The notes beneath the pieces were generated by a model that was given only the letters and a program-made list of their open reading frames with translations, was not told the origin of the DNA and made no database searches. A DNA stretch of 64,000 nucleotides from Eledone cirrhosa (Eukaryota), in the NCBI GenBank assembly GCA_964016885.1, contig OZ024744.1, forward strand, positions 19,716,001 to 19,780,000, written 5' to 3'. Of this stretch, positions 1-12,000 are shown piece after piece. The position numbers and the translations under genes were made by a program. Position 1 is the stretch's first letter, and the number at the start of each line of letters is the position of its first letter.

Positions 1-548
1 GAACTTAGCAAGTGAATGATAAACAAGCAAATTATAAACGTAAACATGTAAGTATGTCTTTGAAACGGTGCGCGAGTTTGAAATTAGAAATTAGAAATTA
101 TAAGCCTTCACCGTATTTTACACTAAAGAAGTTTCTAGCCTGATAGTGGGGTTTATATCCCTCGGAGAAATTGAAAACGATGAGTGTTGCCATACATGTG
201 AGTCGCACCCACACCTTTGGTTATCCAGACCACTGTGCTACCTATTACATCAATACACATTCCATTTCCTTCCATTCGAATTAGAAGCTGTGAAATTAGC
301 AAGTGAATGATAAACAAACATATTATAAACGTAAACATGTAAGTATGTTTTTGAAACGGTGCACGATTTTGAAATTAGAAAATAGAAATTATAAGCTTTC
401 ACCGTATTTTAGACTAAAGAAATTTATAGCTTGATAGTGGGGATTATAACCCTTAGGAGAAATGTAAAAAGATGAGTGCTGCCATACATGGGAGTCGAAC
501 CCACATCTTTGTTTATCCAGACCACTGTCCTACCATTACACCACTATA
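1..548. repeat. Tandem repeat, ~291-bp unit (about 2 copies; runs off the window start), each unit carrying a tRNA-like segment
   Basis: gaacttagcaagtgaatga at 1 recurs as gaaattagcaagtgaatga at ~292. Similarity continues to ~548, where (TA)n begins. Confidence 0.85.
480..548 (-). pseudogene. tRNA-like sequence (tRNA pseudogene or SINE head); more degenerate second copy at ~188-255
   Basis: Minus strand reads GTGGTGTAATGGTAGGACAGTGG...GTGGGTTCGACTCCCATG: A-box-like TGGTGTAATGG and B-box/T-arm GGTTCGACTCC. Acceptor and anticodon stems do not pair well. Confidence 0.5.
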
Positions 549-575
549 TATACATATATATATATATATATTTTC

Positions 576-1217
<642 letters not shown>

Positions 1218-1220
<3 letters not shown>

Positions 1221-2078
1221 TTAAAGATACTATTTATGGTTATGTATATACTAAAACCTTTTATAGTTATATATATTTTAAACCCTAAACAGTGAAAGAC
1301 AGTAATTTATTACTACCTTATTACCAGTAAGATAAATAGCTCTATGTAGTAACATCAGTTGTTCTACAGAGCGGTTATATAGAAATTTCATGAATCAAAG
1401 TTCTGTTCAAATCATTTATTCGCTTACAATTGTTCCTTCCAAACCGAAGTTTGGAGTCTTCGCAGCAATTCTTCAATAATTGTTTACATACTTGACCTCG
1501 TTTTCAACACAAGAGACATACAGAAACATATGTATATATTGATGCACAGTGGGTTGACATCCATTATAATATTTAAGCATGGCAGTTTACATTCAAAGTT
1601 TAAAGTCATATTAAAAGAAAATTACAACAAAATTAAATTATAATACAACATTGGCAGTTTACGATGATGATGCAGGAGGATAGTTAGAAGTAGTTAGTTA
1701 CACGTGGGGCATGCACGTGTGTCCTATTTGTATAAGATTATAGTGCGGTAAGGTGTTATATGGAATATAAGCACTTTAAGCGGGCAATCAAGAGTATTAT
1801 GGGTGTAGTATAGTATTTTATATGTATGATATAGAAGCTTGTGTGCAGAGAAATATTTAAAATATTAAGAATGAGAAGCAAAACAGTGTTATGGTTTTTT
1901 GTATACACCACCATTTTCACAATCCAGGAAACGTAATATATAGATTATATGTCCTTCACATAATCTACGATGATTCAATATTGGATGCTTGATGAATTAG
2001 GTTGGAATATTACAGCTTGTTGATCTTTAATCCAATATTATATAGCAGGTCAAGTATGTAAACAATCATTGAAAAAAT

Positions 2079-2080
<2 letters not shown>
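1218..2080 (-). mobile_element. Non-coding HHR-bearing element (PLE pseudo-LTR-like) with a short inverted end
   Basis: 1390-1570 is homologous to 49155-49320. 1467-1498 is repeated inverted at ~2047-2080. Bounded by (TA)n and (TC)n. Confidence 0.55.
1420..1468 (-). ncRNA. Degenerate hammerhead motif (helix II with a C(UUCG)G tetraloop)
   Basis: Minus strand: TTGCT GCGAAGA CTCCAAAC TTCG GTTTGGAA GGAA CAATTG TA AGCGA. The core is mutated; homolog at 49242-49290. Confidence 0.55.
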
Positions 2081-2112
<32 letters not shown>

Positions 2113-2504
2113 GTGACTACACACATATACACCACCATTTGATAATATATTTTATGTTTAATTAAACACATTTTGAAGACCATTCGCTATGAATTTTAAA
2201 GTAGTGACTACTTAGTCTCGTACTTAATCTCGTACTTAGTCTCGGCAAAAGCAAAGGGAAGTAATCGGCGGTAGTACCGTTTCATATATACATCGCTATT
2301 TCAAAGCACTAATAGTATTTTCTAATTTTTGTTGGGCCAGCAACCGCTCTGTATGTTAATGAGTTTAAACAGTTCGTAAACATAATTGGAATTCTATAAG
2401 AATCCAGCTTCTTTAACTCTCGGCAGAAGCGAAAGGGTATGTAGTCTTGACAACCACTTAAGTGAGAAATGGTATTACTAAGTTCATTCGTCAGAGAAAA
2501 TTAT

Positions 2505-2585
2505 AATTATGTTGTCTGACGAATGAACTGGATGTTCCTTGTAAGGATCGTCTAGTTTCTTGAAACCTTCGGTAATTGAATAATT
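2505..2585 (+). ncRNA. Type I hammerhead ribozyme (GUA site), long helix II
   Basis: CTGACGA at 2516-2522; helix II GAACTGGATG/CGTCTAGTTT; GAAA CC TTC GG TA at 2562-2574. Same family as 39137-39214; helix I is imperfect here. Confidence 0.7.
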
Positions 2586-2688
2586 ATATTCTGTTGTTTA
2601 TTATGTAATTAAATAGCTCTGTACTATACATAGAGCACTCTTCTTTTCTTTACCTTTTCTACGGAAAAACTTAACATACATATATGAC

Positions 2689-2721
<33 letters not shown>

Positions 2722-2799
2722 GTGTGTGTGTGTGTGTATGTGTGTCTGTCTATATGTGTGTGTGTGTGTGTGTGTATGTGTGTGTGTGTGTGTTTGTGT

Positions 2800-2847
<48 letters not shown>

Positions 2848-2938
2848 ATGTGTGTGTGTGTGTATGTGTGTGTGTGAGTGTGTGTGTGTGTGTGTGTGTG
2901 TATGGATATATCGTAATCCGTCCTCCTCAGAAACAGAG

Positions 2939-3069
2939 TGTTTCTGATGAGAATGGCCAATTGATCAGGAACTTTGAGACCAGAAATATGTAGTAACTTA
3001 ACCACTAGCATGCTAGTCGATACCTCGATATGCATCAATCAATCGACCCTCTGAAACGATCGTAAAACA
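2939..3069 (+). ncRNA. Type I hammerhead motif with a ~100-nt helix II insertion
   Basis: TGTTT CTGATGA (2944-2950), then 102 nt, then GAAA CGATCG TA AAACA (3053-3069). Palindromic helix III ACGAUCGU. Confidence 0.6.
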
Positions 3070-3529
3070 GTGGACTAACTATCTGCCTACACCCGACTTC
3101 TGTTTTTATTGTTCTATACATACATACATATATGAAAATGATTCTGTAACTCGGACGTATCTTCTTCAAGATTAACGTAGGCGGTGATCACCTAACGCCG
3201 GTCACTGAACCTCGCTGAAACATTCCTACCAAGGACATATTGAGTTTAACAACGTTATCAGCCCCACCACAACCTGGTGGATTACTATCTATCTATCTGT
3301 CTATCTATCTATCTATCTCGTATAGTATAGACGTGTATAACATCGGCTCCTGCCTTTTTGAAATTTTACCCATTGACAGTAAGTGTTTGTCTCTTTATTG
3401 TGTTGTCTTCGTGCCTTTTAACCACCCGGCTAGGTCTGTAGACGGGTGGTCATCGTATTTTTACCCCGTTTGGGGGTAAAAACTACTCAAAAACATTTTT
3501 GCTAACTCACATGGTAAAAAATTGACGCC

Positions 3530-5332
3530 ATGTCTGCAGCACGTGTGGACGATAACGCCACGCTGACTAAGGAAGAAGAGAGAAAGAAGCAAGCGGTGCA
3601 AAGCGTTTTGCTTTCTCGCGCCAACGTTGTAAAAGACTTAGTAAAAGGCAATATGCCAGACAAACAATTAAATACGGGTGCAAACCCAATTTATTACAAC
3701 TCAAACACAAACAATGACAAAACTAACACACCAAACGAGAAAGACAACAACAACAAAAATGAAAACAATTCAAATTACGAGAAACAAAACAATTCAAACA
3801 CCAACAATGAAAACAAAATATCTTTTGCACAAACGTCTAAAATATCAGTCACATATGTGCTTGAGGATATTTCAAATGCCAAAGAAATGCTTGAAAAAGA
3901 CAAAAAATATGTATCTTTTGGCGAAAATGGTTCTTTTTCTATAAATTCGCCTCCAGAACTAAAACAACAGACAGAATTACGAACTGTCGTATTCCGTACA
4001 ATTTCAAACAAAACAAAAAAACCAGCACAACCATCTCAAGCTGAAATTCAGTTAGTAAGAAGCTATGAAAGAAGCTATGAAAGACATTATTTTCATACAA
4101 AAGGATACACTCTATGGGAGTTTATCCATATTGATGAAAGACGAATTGGCGGCGAAAAAATACTCTGTGTCGCCAATTCGTTCCACACATTACACCTTCT
4201 TCCCAACCTACATCGGTAAAAAAACCCAAAGAATATGGATAACAACCATCACACCAAACATAAACTACTGGTGGTTACTAACCGGTTTCCTCAATTTAGA
4301 CGAGGACAACCTTATATCAATAGGGAAGGCATCCGGCGACGCGTTCAGTGGAACGAGTATCGAAGTTCTGACCCAAATAAGACCAGAACGTATCGCCCAA
4401 ATCCCTGAGCGCGTCATGCTGGATGACCGTACCCACCTCAACATTATTGTGGAGGGTAGGCGTCCATCCTGTTACCTCTGTGGCAATAGAGGTCACCTGA
4501 GGGCTGCCTGTCCCCAGCTCACACCGAAATAAACACTGCTACCAACACCCCAACAACCAACACCAACACCACCCCAACAACAACAACAAAAACAACCACA
4601 ACAACAACACAAACCAACAACACCACCACCACCACCACAACAACTAACACGTGAAAAAACAACACAGAATACTGTCCCACCCAATCCCTCCCCACCCAAA
4701 ACAAATACAAAAACACACACTGCAAACACTACCATAAAATATACCCCTCCCACCCAACAAGGAAGACGAACCCCTTTCGTCGCAAGACGAAAAAGATCCC
4801 TTCCAAATAGTAAAAAGAAAGAAGATAGGCGCACCACAGACACACTTATTAACATAAACCCTCCCCAAGAGAAAACAAACTATATACAAACCACCCCTCC
4901 CCGTCACACAACACTAACTGCTACGCAAAAAAAGACTTTACAATATACATACATGAACACAGACAACAAAGTACTAATGAACACAATTTCGGCAAACCCT
5001 TCGGTCCAAACTGAAGGGCCTAACTTTCTAACTGCTGTGGGACTACCTCATTTACAAATGATTAAAGTCCCTATGAACTTATATAAATCATTGAAAATAA
5101 ATTTCACGGAGGACGTGCCCCCCCCCCCCCCTCCCCCTGCTCCAAGCCAATCAACCGCGTCCTCCTAAACATTTCCCCACTCCCCCGCCCATACACCCAC
5201 TCAACAACAAACACTCCAACCCCACAACACACTCATGCCCCTACACTTCCACAAACCACCACCCCACCCAACAATCCATCCCTAACCCTCATGGAAATTG
5301 AGCGGCCCGCTCCCCGGGACGCAGAGAGGTAA
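3530..5332 (+). pseudogene. Tx1 ORF1 (gag-like nucleic-acid-binding protein), frameshifted
   Basis: ORF pieces 3530-4219 and 4065-4532 (CYLCGNRGHLRAAC). C-terminus MEIERPAPRDAER* ends at TAA 5330-5332 and is conserved in the other copies. Confidence 0.85.
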
Positions 5333-5356
5333 GTGCCTTTTCTCCTTACCACTAAC

Positions 5357-8300
5357 ATGGCTGTGCTAAGAGTAGGGTGTCTAAATGCGCGTGGCCTGGG
5401 CTCATCTTGGAAGCAAACAATGCTTCTAAATGACCTCAGGGTACGATCTATAAATCTGATGGTTATCTGCGAGGCCCGGATCAGCAGCATGCGACAGCTA
5501 GCCCCCACCTTTGATGACTTTGAGATGCACGCATCTCTCTGTCAGCCGGAGGTGGGGTGGGGTTGTCGTTCTGCTGCAAAAACATCTGGGTCTCGCCACA
5601 CATATAGTTCACTTGGATCCGGGGGGTCGACTGGTGGTGCTGGACCTTGGCAATGGTGAAGGTGGCGCCTTTAGGCTGGTAGCCGCATATGCCCCTTTTG
5701 GGACAGAGCGGCCCGACTTTTTCCAGCGTCTGGAGTCTTATCTAGGGACGTCCCGTTCCCTGCTTTTACTGGGGGACTGGAATGGTATCCTGGATGCACG
5801 TTGGGACTATACAGGGGCATCTCTCGATAGAGAGGGGTGCAACAGCCTCAAGGGATTACTCGGCCGATTTGACCTGGCCGATATATTTCGACTTGGTCTT
5901 GGTCAAATCGTAGCGGTCAATCTAGATCGTACCTAGATAGGTTCTTAGTTAGAAATAAGGACAGGGACTTTTTAAGTTGTCCAGAAATGCTCATGGTTGG
6001 CTATTCAGACCACAAGTTGGTGACCTGCATGGGCAACCTTGATAGAAGGCATATACAGGACCCCGGTTAATGGAAGCTGAACTTGTCCTTGCCGGCAAGT
6101 AAAGCTTACAGGGACCGGAGTAGTATGTTAGTTAAGGAGCGGTTGACTGGAGCGATCGTCAACAGCAGGTGGTGGTTATCTCTAAAGAGAGAGATTAGAG
6201 TAGTCTCGATAGAATTTAGTAAGGTTCTAGCTGCGGATAGGAATAGGAAGGAAAGGGAGCTAATAGATAGAGTAGAAGAGGCAATTAGAAGCGGCGACGT
6301 GGCCAGAGTGCTAGCGTCGAGAACGGCTTTGAGCCAGTTTTTCGACGCGAAGCACGAAGGCTGCGTTGTCCGAAGTAAAATACGTGCTCTAGGGAACGAG
6401 GGGACCAAAGCTGTTAGCTGGGCCCGCGTGACAGAGGCCAAGAGTGGAACTAAATCCACCATCCGGTCTTTGCGAGACCAGGATGGACGGGCGATCCTTG
6501 AACCTAAGCAGATGTGTGAGGCCTTTCAAAGGCACTTTGCCCGACTGTTCGGAAGGGGCGGGGAGCCGGTTGGGGATGTGGACTTCGGTCCATACCTCGA
6601 CGGCCTGCCGCGTCTCTCGGACAGGGGGGCGAAGTCCTGCGAGGAGCCGATTTCAGCCGCTGAGATAGAGGACGTGCTGAGCCAATGCGGCAAACGCAAA
6701 TCCCCGGGTCTCGATGGTCTTCCATACGAACTATTATCTAGATATGCCGGACTTGTTCCCCGATCTCCTCGAGGCGGTCTACTGCAACTGGCAACAGAAC
6801 GGGAGAATTCCCTGTGCTGTGACCAAGGAGGTAGTCACGCTAGTGAGGAAGGACGAGAAACAAGGGGGACGAAATAAGTAACTTCAGGCCCATAACTCTA
6901 CTAAATACAGAGTTACAGATGTTGGCCAAGGTGCTAGCAAAGAGGTTAGCGCTTGTCGTGGGCAACCTGGTGGGAGATGCGCAGACATGTGCTATACCGT
7001 CCAGGTCCATCCATGACAACCTCCTCCTCATGCGATACATCATAGAGCGGGTTGTGAACGAACCCGGCTTTGGTGGGGCTCTGATCAACTTGGATCAATC
7101 TAAGGCGATCGATAGGGTCGAGCATGGTTACCTGGATGCGGTGCTAACGGCGGCAGGCTTCGGACCCGTTTTCAGGGGCTGGATCACTGCTATGCACAGC
7201 AGCCGCATCTGCTCTAGGGTCAAGGTGAACGGCTACCTACCGGAGCCGTTCGAAATCGCGCGGTCCATCCGACAAGGGTGCCCTCTCTCCTCCCTTCTGT
7301 ATGTGTTGACTCTCAAGCCACTACTGCGGAAGTTGGAGTTGTTGCAGGGCATCCCTTTGGAACCGGGATTGCGAAAAGCGGTGTCGGCCTACGCCGATGA
7401 CGTGACAGTAATCGTGTCAACGGCCTCCGAAATCGGGGCGATCGGCACCTTACTGGAGGAGTACGAAATATTCACAGGGGCTAAGCTGAACCGCGACAAG
7501 TCGATCGGTTTGCAACTCGGCACGTGGAGGGGCAAACCGATTCCCTCCGATGGCGTCGTCGGACGCTGGACGGAGGGCTCGGTGAAGTTGCTCGGGGTCT
7601 GGTTCGGACCAGACCTCCAGGTGGAGAAGAACTGGGCTGAGGTTACGCACAGTGTGTTTACACTGACCCAGAAGTGGGCCAGTTGCAAACTATCCCTGAA
7701 AGGTCGGGCGGAGGTGGCGAACACCTATATAGCGTCTGTCATCTACTACCGCCTGACCGTCGTGCCTTGCCCAAGGGAAACCCTCGTCAAGATGGAGCGC
7801 GCACTCTTCCAAATTCCTTTGGAAGAAGCGGGCTCCTTTGGTGAGGAGATCCATCTGCTGTCAACACCCTTCGAAAGGAGGGCTGGGGATGCCGTGGCTA
7901 ATGATGCGTAAACACGCATTAAGGCTACGGCACCTCCACGTATTCCTCACCGGTCAGCCGGTGTGGGCCTCGTTTGTGAGACGAACCTTTCCCAGACTCG
8001 TCTCACTCACCGAGCTGCAATCCTGGGTCATGCAAAGACCGAGAAAACTGGGCGCCTGGCACACCTCAGTGTGCCCAGGCGCTCACCGCTTTCTGGCAGG
8101 CGGACCCGGTTATCAGTGGAGACTCCACTGCAACATTCTATAGAAGGCTGGTACGCAGCAGAGGCGACGACGCCCTCGGAGAAGCCCTAGACATGGAGGA
8201 AGACGAACTGGCTAGCCTGTTCGGTAGGACATTCAGCCCGGGACCTATGGACAACTTCCAGAAGTCCCTGGCCTGGCAATGCTACCGTGGGGCTCTACCC

Positions 8301-8774
8301 GTTCGAGAAAAGCTCTACAGACACGGGCGCCCGGGTAGGGACCCCGCCAAAAAGATCTGTCCCAGATGGGTGTGCGACGAGGAAACCGTTGCACACGCAT
8401 TGGTACACTGCTCGGGCGTAGCCGATCTGTGGGGCTATGTCGAACAACTGCTGTCAAGGGTGGAATCGATCCGGTTGACCACCGAGTCTATTGTAACGAT
8501 CAAGCCGCCTCCCCCCTTCAAAAATGAAGGAGAGGCGGTGTTTCTGTGCGTAATAGCCATGGCGAAAGAGGTTGTATGGTGGACGCGTCTGAAAGGACTG
8601 AGGTCAGGCACCTTTCTCTCTGGCCAACAACTGATCCGTTTCTTCCGATATCATTTCGGAAGAAGGATCAGGATGGAGAGAGAGGTGCTCCACCCAAGTC
8701 ATTTTTATGAAAGGTGGGTGAAAGTGGCAAGAATGTCCCGTGTGAATGGGCCTTCTCTTTACATCAGTCTGTAG
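5357..8774 (+). pseudogene. Tx1 ORF2 (APE endonuclease plus reverse transcriptase), frameshifted
   Basis: Motifs CLNARGL, GDWN, KSPGLDGLP, RQGCPLS, AYADD and CPR...EETVAHALVHC spread over several frames. Confidence 0.93.
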
Positions 8775-9025
8775 GTGGAAAAGAGGAAGGAACGAGGGAG
8801 TACCCTCTCTCTGTGCTCCTGAGGAGAAGGAGTTGCACACTTTTTTCGGGGGGGTGGGGTGCGACCCCCCAAATGCCCCCTCCCTATTCAGGACTTTATT
8901 GTTAATTTTATATTTGTTATTCGTTTTCTTTACTCGCTTTTTATGTAAACTCGCCCCATTGTACTTGTCCCAATTTTGATGCTCTGGTGGCAAATAAAAA
9001 GAAACATATCTATCTATCTATCTAT

Positions 9026-12000
9026 CTCGGATAGTCTGGACGTGTACCACTTTTCTGGTAAGTTTTTTGTTAATTTTGCATGCAAAACCAGAAACTTTTT
9101 GTCAAAAAATACACTGTTTCGTAGATTAACCCTCAGGCTGAACGGTCAACTCAGTTTTCGCCCCATTGGGGCGGAATTTTATGTGAGAAAAATTTTGAAA
9201 AGCTGAATTATTTTGCAGCGATAATGACTAGCTCAGTAGAAGGAACGCTAGCAAACGCCGATGAAAAAATAGAGACCGACAGAGAGTAACGTTGCTGCAC
9301 GCTCTGCCTGTATAGACGTCACTATGGTGACAAGTAGTGAAAACAAAGACTTGTTTCGCAATGAAAGCGAAAAATGCAACTCACATGTTGGACCACACAG
9401 CTCACAACAGACATAAAAAACCTCAGAAAAAGACACAACTACAAATGAAAAAAGTGACAACGACAACAACAACAACAACACCAATAAATAACATTTGCAC
9501 AAACGGTCATAAACAAACAAGACTTCAAGGATCTCGATATGGATCTCAATGCGAGACAGATGCTTTCTGAAGCAAAGGAATTTATCATTTTCGGAGAAAA
9601 CGGTGGGTTTAAGATAAACTCACCCCCATAAATTCGTCTTTTAACACTTCGAAGGACAGTTAGCTTCAGAACTGTTTCAAATGAAACAAGAAATCCGGCA
9701 TTCCTCAATCAAGGGGAAATAGAAGCAACCGTGAAGGAGGTTTTGCCGGATATAGAATTTATGCAGAGGGCCAGACAGTATGGGAGCATTTCGGTGCTTC
9801 TCAAAAGCGAGGCCCTCGCACAGAAGTATTCAGTAATGCCGATCAATTCAAAGAAATACACATTTTTCCCTACTTACCTGGGAAAAAAGAACCCAAAAAA
9901 TCAAAATAACCAACATACCACCAAATATTAATGTTTGGTGGATATTGGCAGGATTTTTAGAGGAGGGACAGGACACCATCCCCTCCATCAAGAAATCAAC
10001 CAGACACACGTGGTCTGGTACAAATTTTGAGATTCTGGTTCAAATGAGGCCAGAGAGGATCTCCAAAATACCTGAAAAAGTGCAAGTGGACACCAACAGC
10101 CATATAAACATTTCAGTTGAAGAGGGGAGACCACACTGCTTTTGGTGTAACAGTACATCGCATCTAAAGGCCTCATGCCCTTTACAGATACTCTTCAATA
10201 ACCCCCCCCCCCCAAATACTGTTACCTACAACAACACCAAAACAACCACCACAGCCAAAACAACGACAACAACACACAAAACAAGCAAACACACCAAAAC
10301 AAACAGCCACTCAACCAACAAAAACAGAAAAAAAAGACAACTCCTCTGCAGAACACATTCCCAACCCATCCCACTCCATCCAACACTACCACAAACACAC
10401 GCACAAAAACCCCATCACCACACACACAACATTCCCCTACCGCACGCTCCTGATGACGATTCATCGTCAGATGAGGCTACTTCTCAATCCCCAAGTGAAT
10501 ATGAAGGAGAGCCTAGGAAATCAAGAAACAAAAAAATAGACACGCAAATCCACAAAAACACCAATCACCAACCACCAACACAAACAACAACACAAACACC
10601 ACCACAATCACCCCCCCCCCCCTACCAGCAAAATAAACACCAACATCACCCCAAACACAAATGCCCACCATAAAAAGAAAACTACAAAATGAACAACAAA
10701 CGAAAACAACACAAAAAAACAAACAATACACATAATTAATACAAACAACAAAACCCTAATGGAAGCAATCTCCCAAGACCCCAAAGTAGCAACTGAGGGG
10801 AAAACTTTTGTCAAGGTAGACTCTCAACCACACCTAAAACTGATAAGGGTTTCGATAGAAACCTATCCATTAACCGCGTCTTATTAAAATGTGTCCCCAC
10901 CCCACCCAACACCCCCACCAGCATCCAAAGGGAGATTGAACAACCCGATCTCCAGGAAATGAAAAGGTAAGTGCATCTGTTCGTCCTTTTACGCCAACTC
11001 TTCTCCACCAACATGGCTAATTTACGAGTTGGAAGTGGTCTAGGGATGCCCTGGAAACAGGGCCAACTTTTAAACGACCTTAGGTCACACGGTATGGATG
11101 TGATAGCCATCACCGAGTCCAGGATCCACAACAGGCAGCAACTAACCCCCATCTTCAATGACTTTGAGATCTACGCATCTCTCTGTCAGCCAGGAGATGG
11201 AGGGGTAGTGGCTGTCATGTTTCGGAAAAACCTGGACCTCGAAGTACAGCAAGTACAGTTGGACCCGGAGGGTAGACTGGTAGTCCTAGACGTGAACAGT
11301 GTTGGAGGTGGAGCCTTCAGACTGGAATGGTATCCTAGGCGCACGATGGGACTATGTAGGATCATTTCCCAGTATAGGGGGTTCCAACACCTCAAAAATT
11401 TAATCGGTCAATTCCAACTGGCCGATAGGTATCGATTAGATTTCCCGACTGCACCACAGTGGACGTGGACAAACCGCAGTGGGACATCTAGATCGTATTT
11501 AGACAGGTTCTTTATTAGAGATAGAGACAAGAAGATGTTATGCAGTCCACAAATGTATATGGTTGCCTATTCGGACACACACTAGTTATCTGCATAGACA
11601 ACCGTGATAGAATACATAGACAAGGACTCGGATACTGTAAGCTGAAAGTGTCGCTCCCGACACGTAAGGCCTACAGTGAACGGATAAGTAAATTAATAAG
11701 CAACAGTTGACGAGAACCATCGTCAACAACAGATGGTGGTACTCTCTCAAGAGAGCAATTAGAGTAGAGTCTGTAGCTTTTAGCAGAGAGTTAGCCTTAG
11801 AGAAAAACAAAACAGAAACAGAACTAGTAGCCAAGGTAGAGGAGGCGCTTAGGTGTGACAACGCGGCTAGAGTGCTAACAACGATAACGACACTGGACCA
11901 GTTCTTCGACGCGAAACACGAAGGCTGCGTGGTCAGAAGTAAATCATGTGCTCTAGGAAACGAAGGAGCAAAAGCTGTTAGCTGGCCCCGAGTGGCAGAG

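Larger units (their letters stand above)
3317..9006 (+). mobile_element. Tx1/L1-clade non-LTR retrotransposon, copy 1, near full length, decayed
   Basis: ORF1 has a CCHC knuckle. ORF2 has APE, RT and a C-terminal zinc motif. Ends in AATAAA followed by (TATC)n, with (TATC)n also at the 5' flank. Confidence 0.93.

Noticed and set aside
188-548. Functional tRNA genes
   Set aside because: Acceptor and anticodon stems do not form, and the anticodon cannot be assigned.
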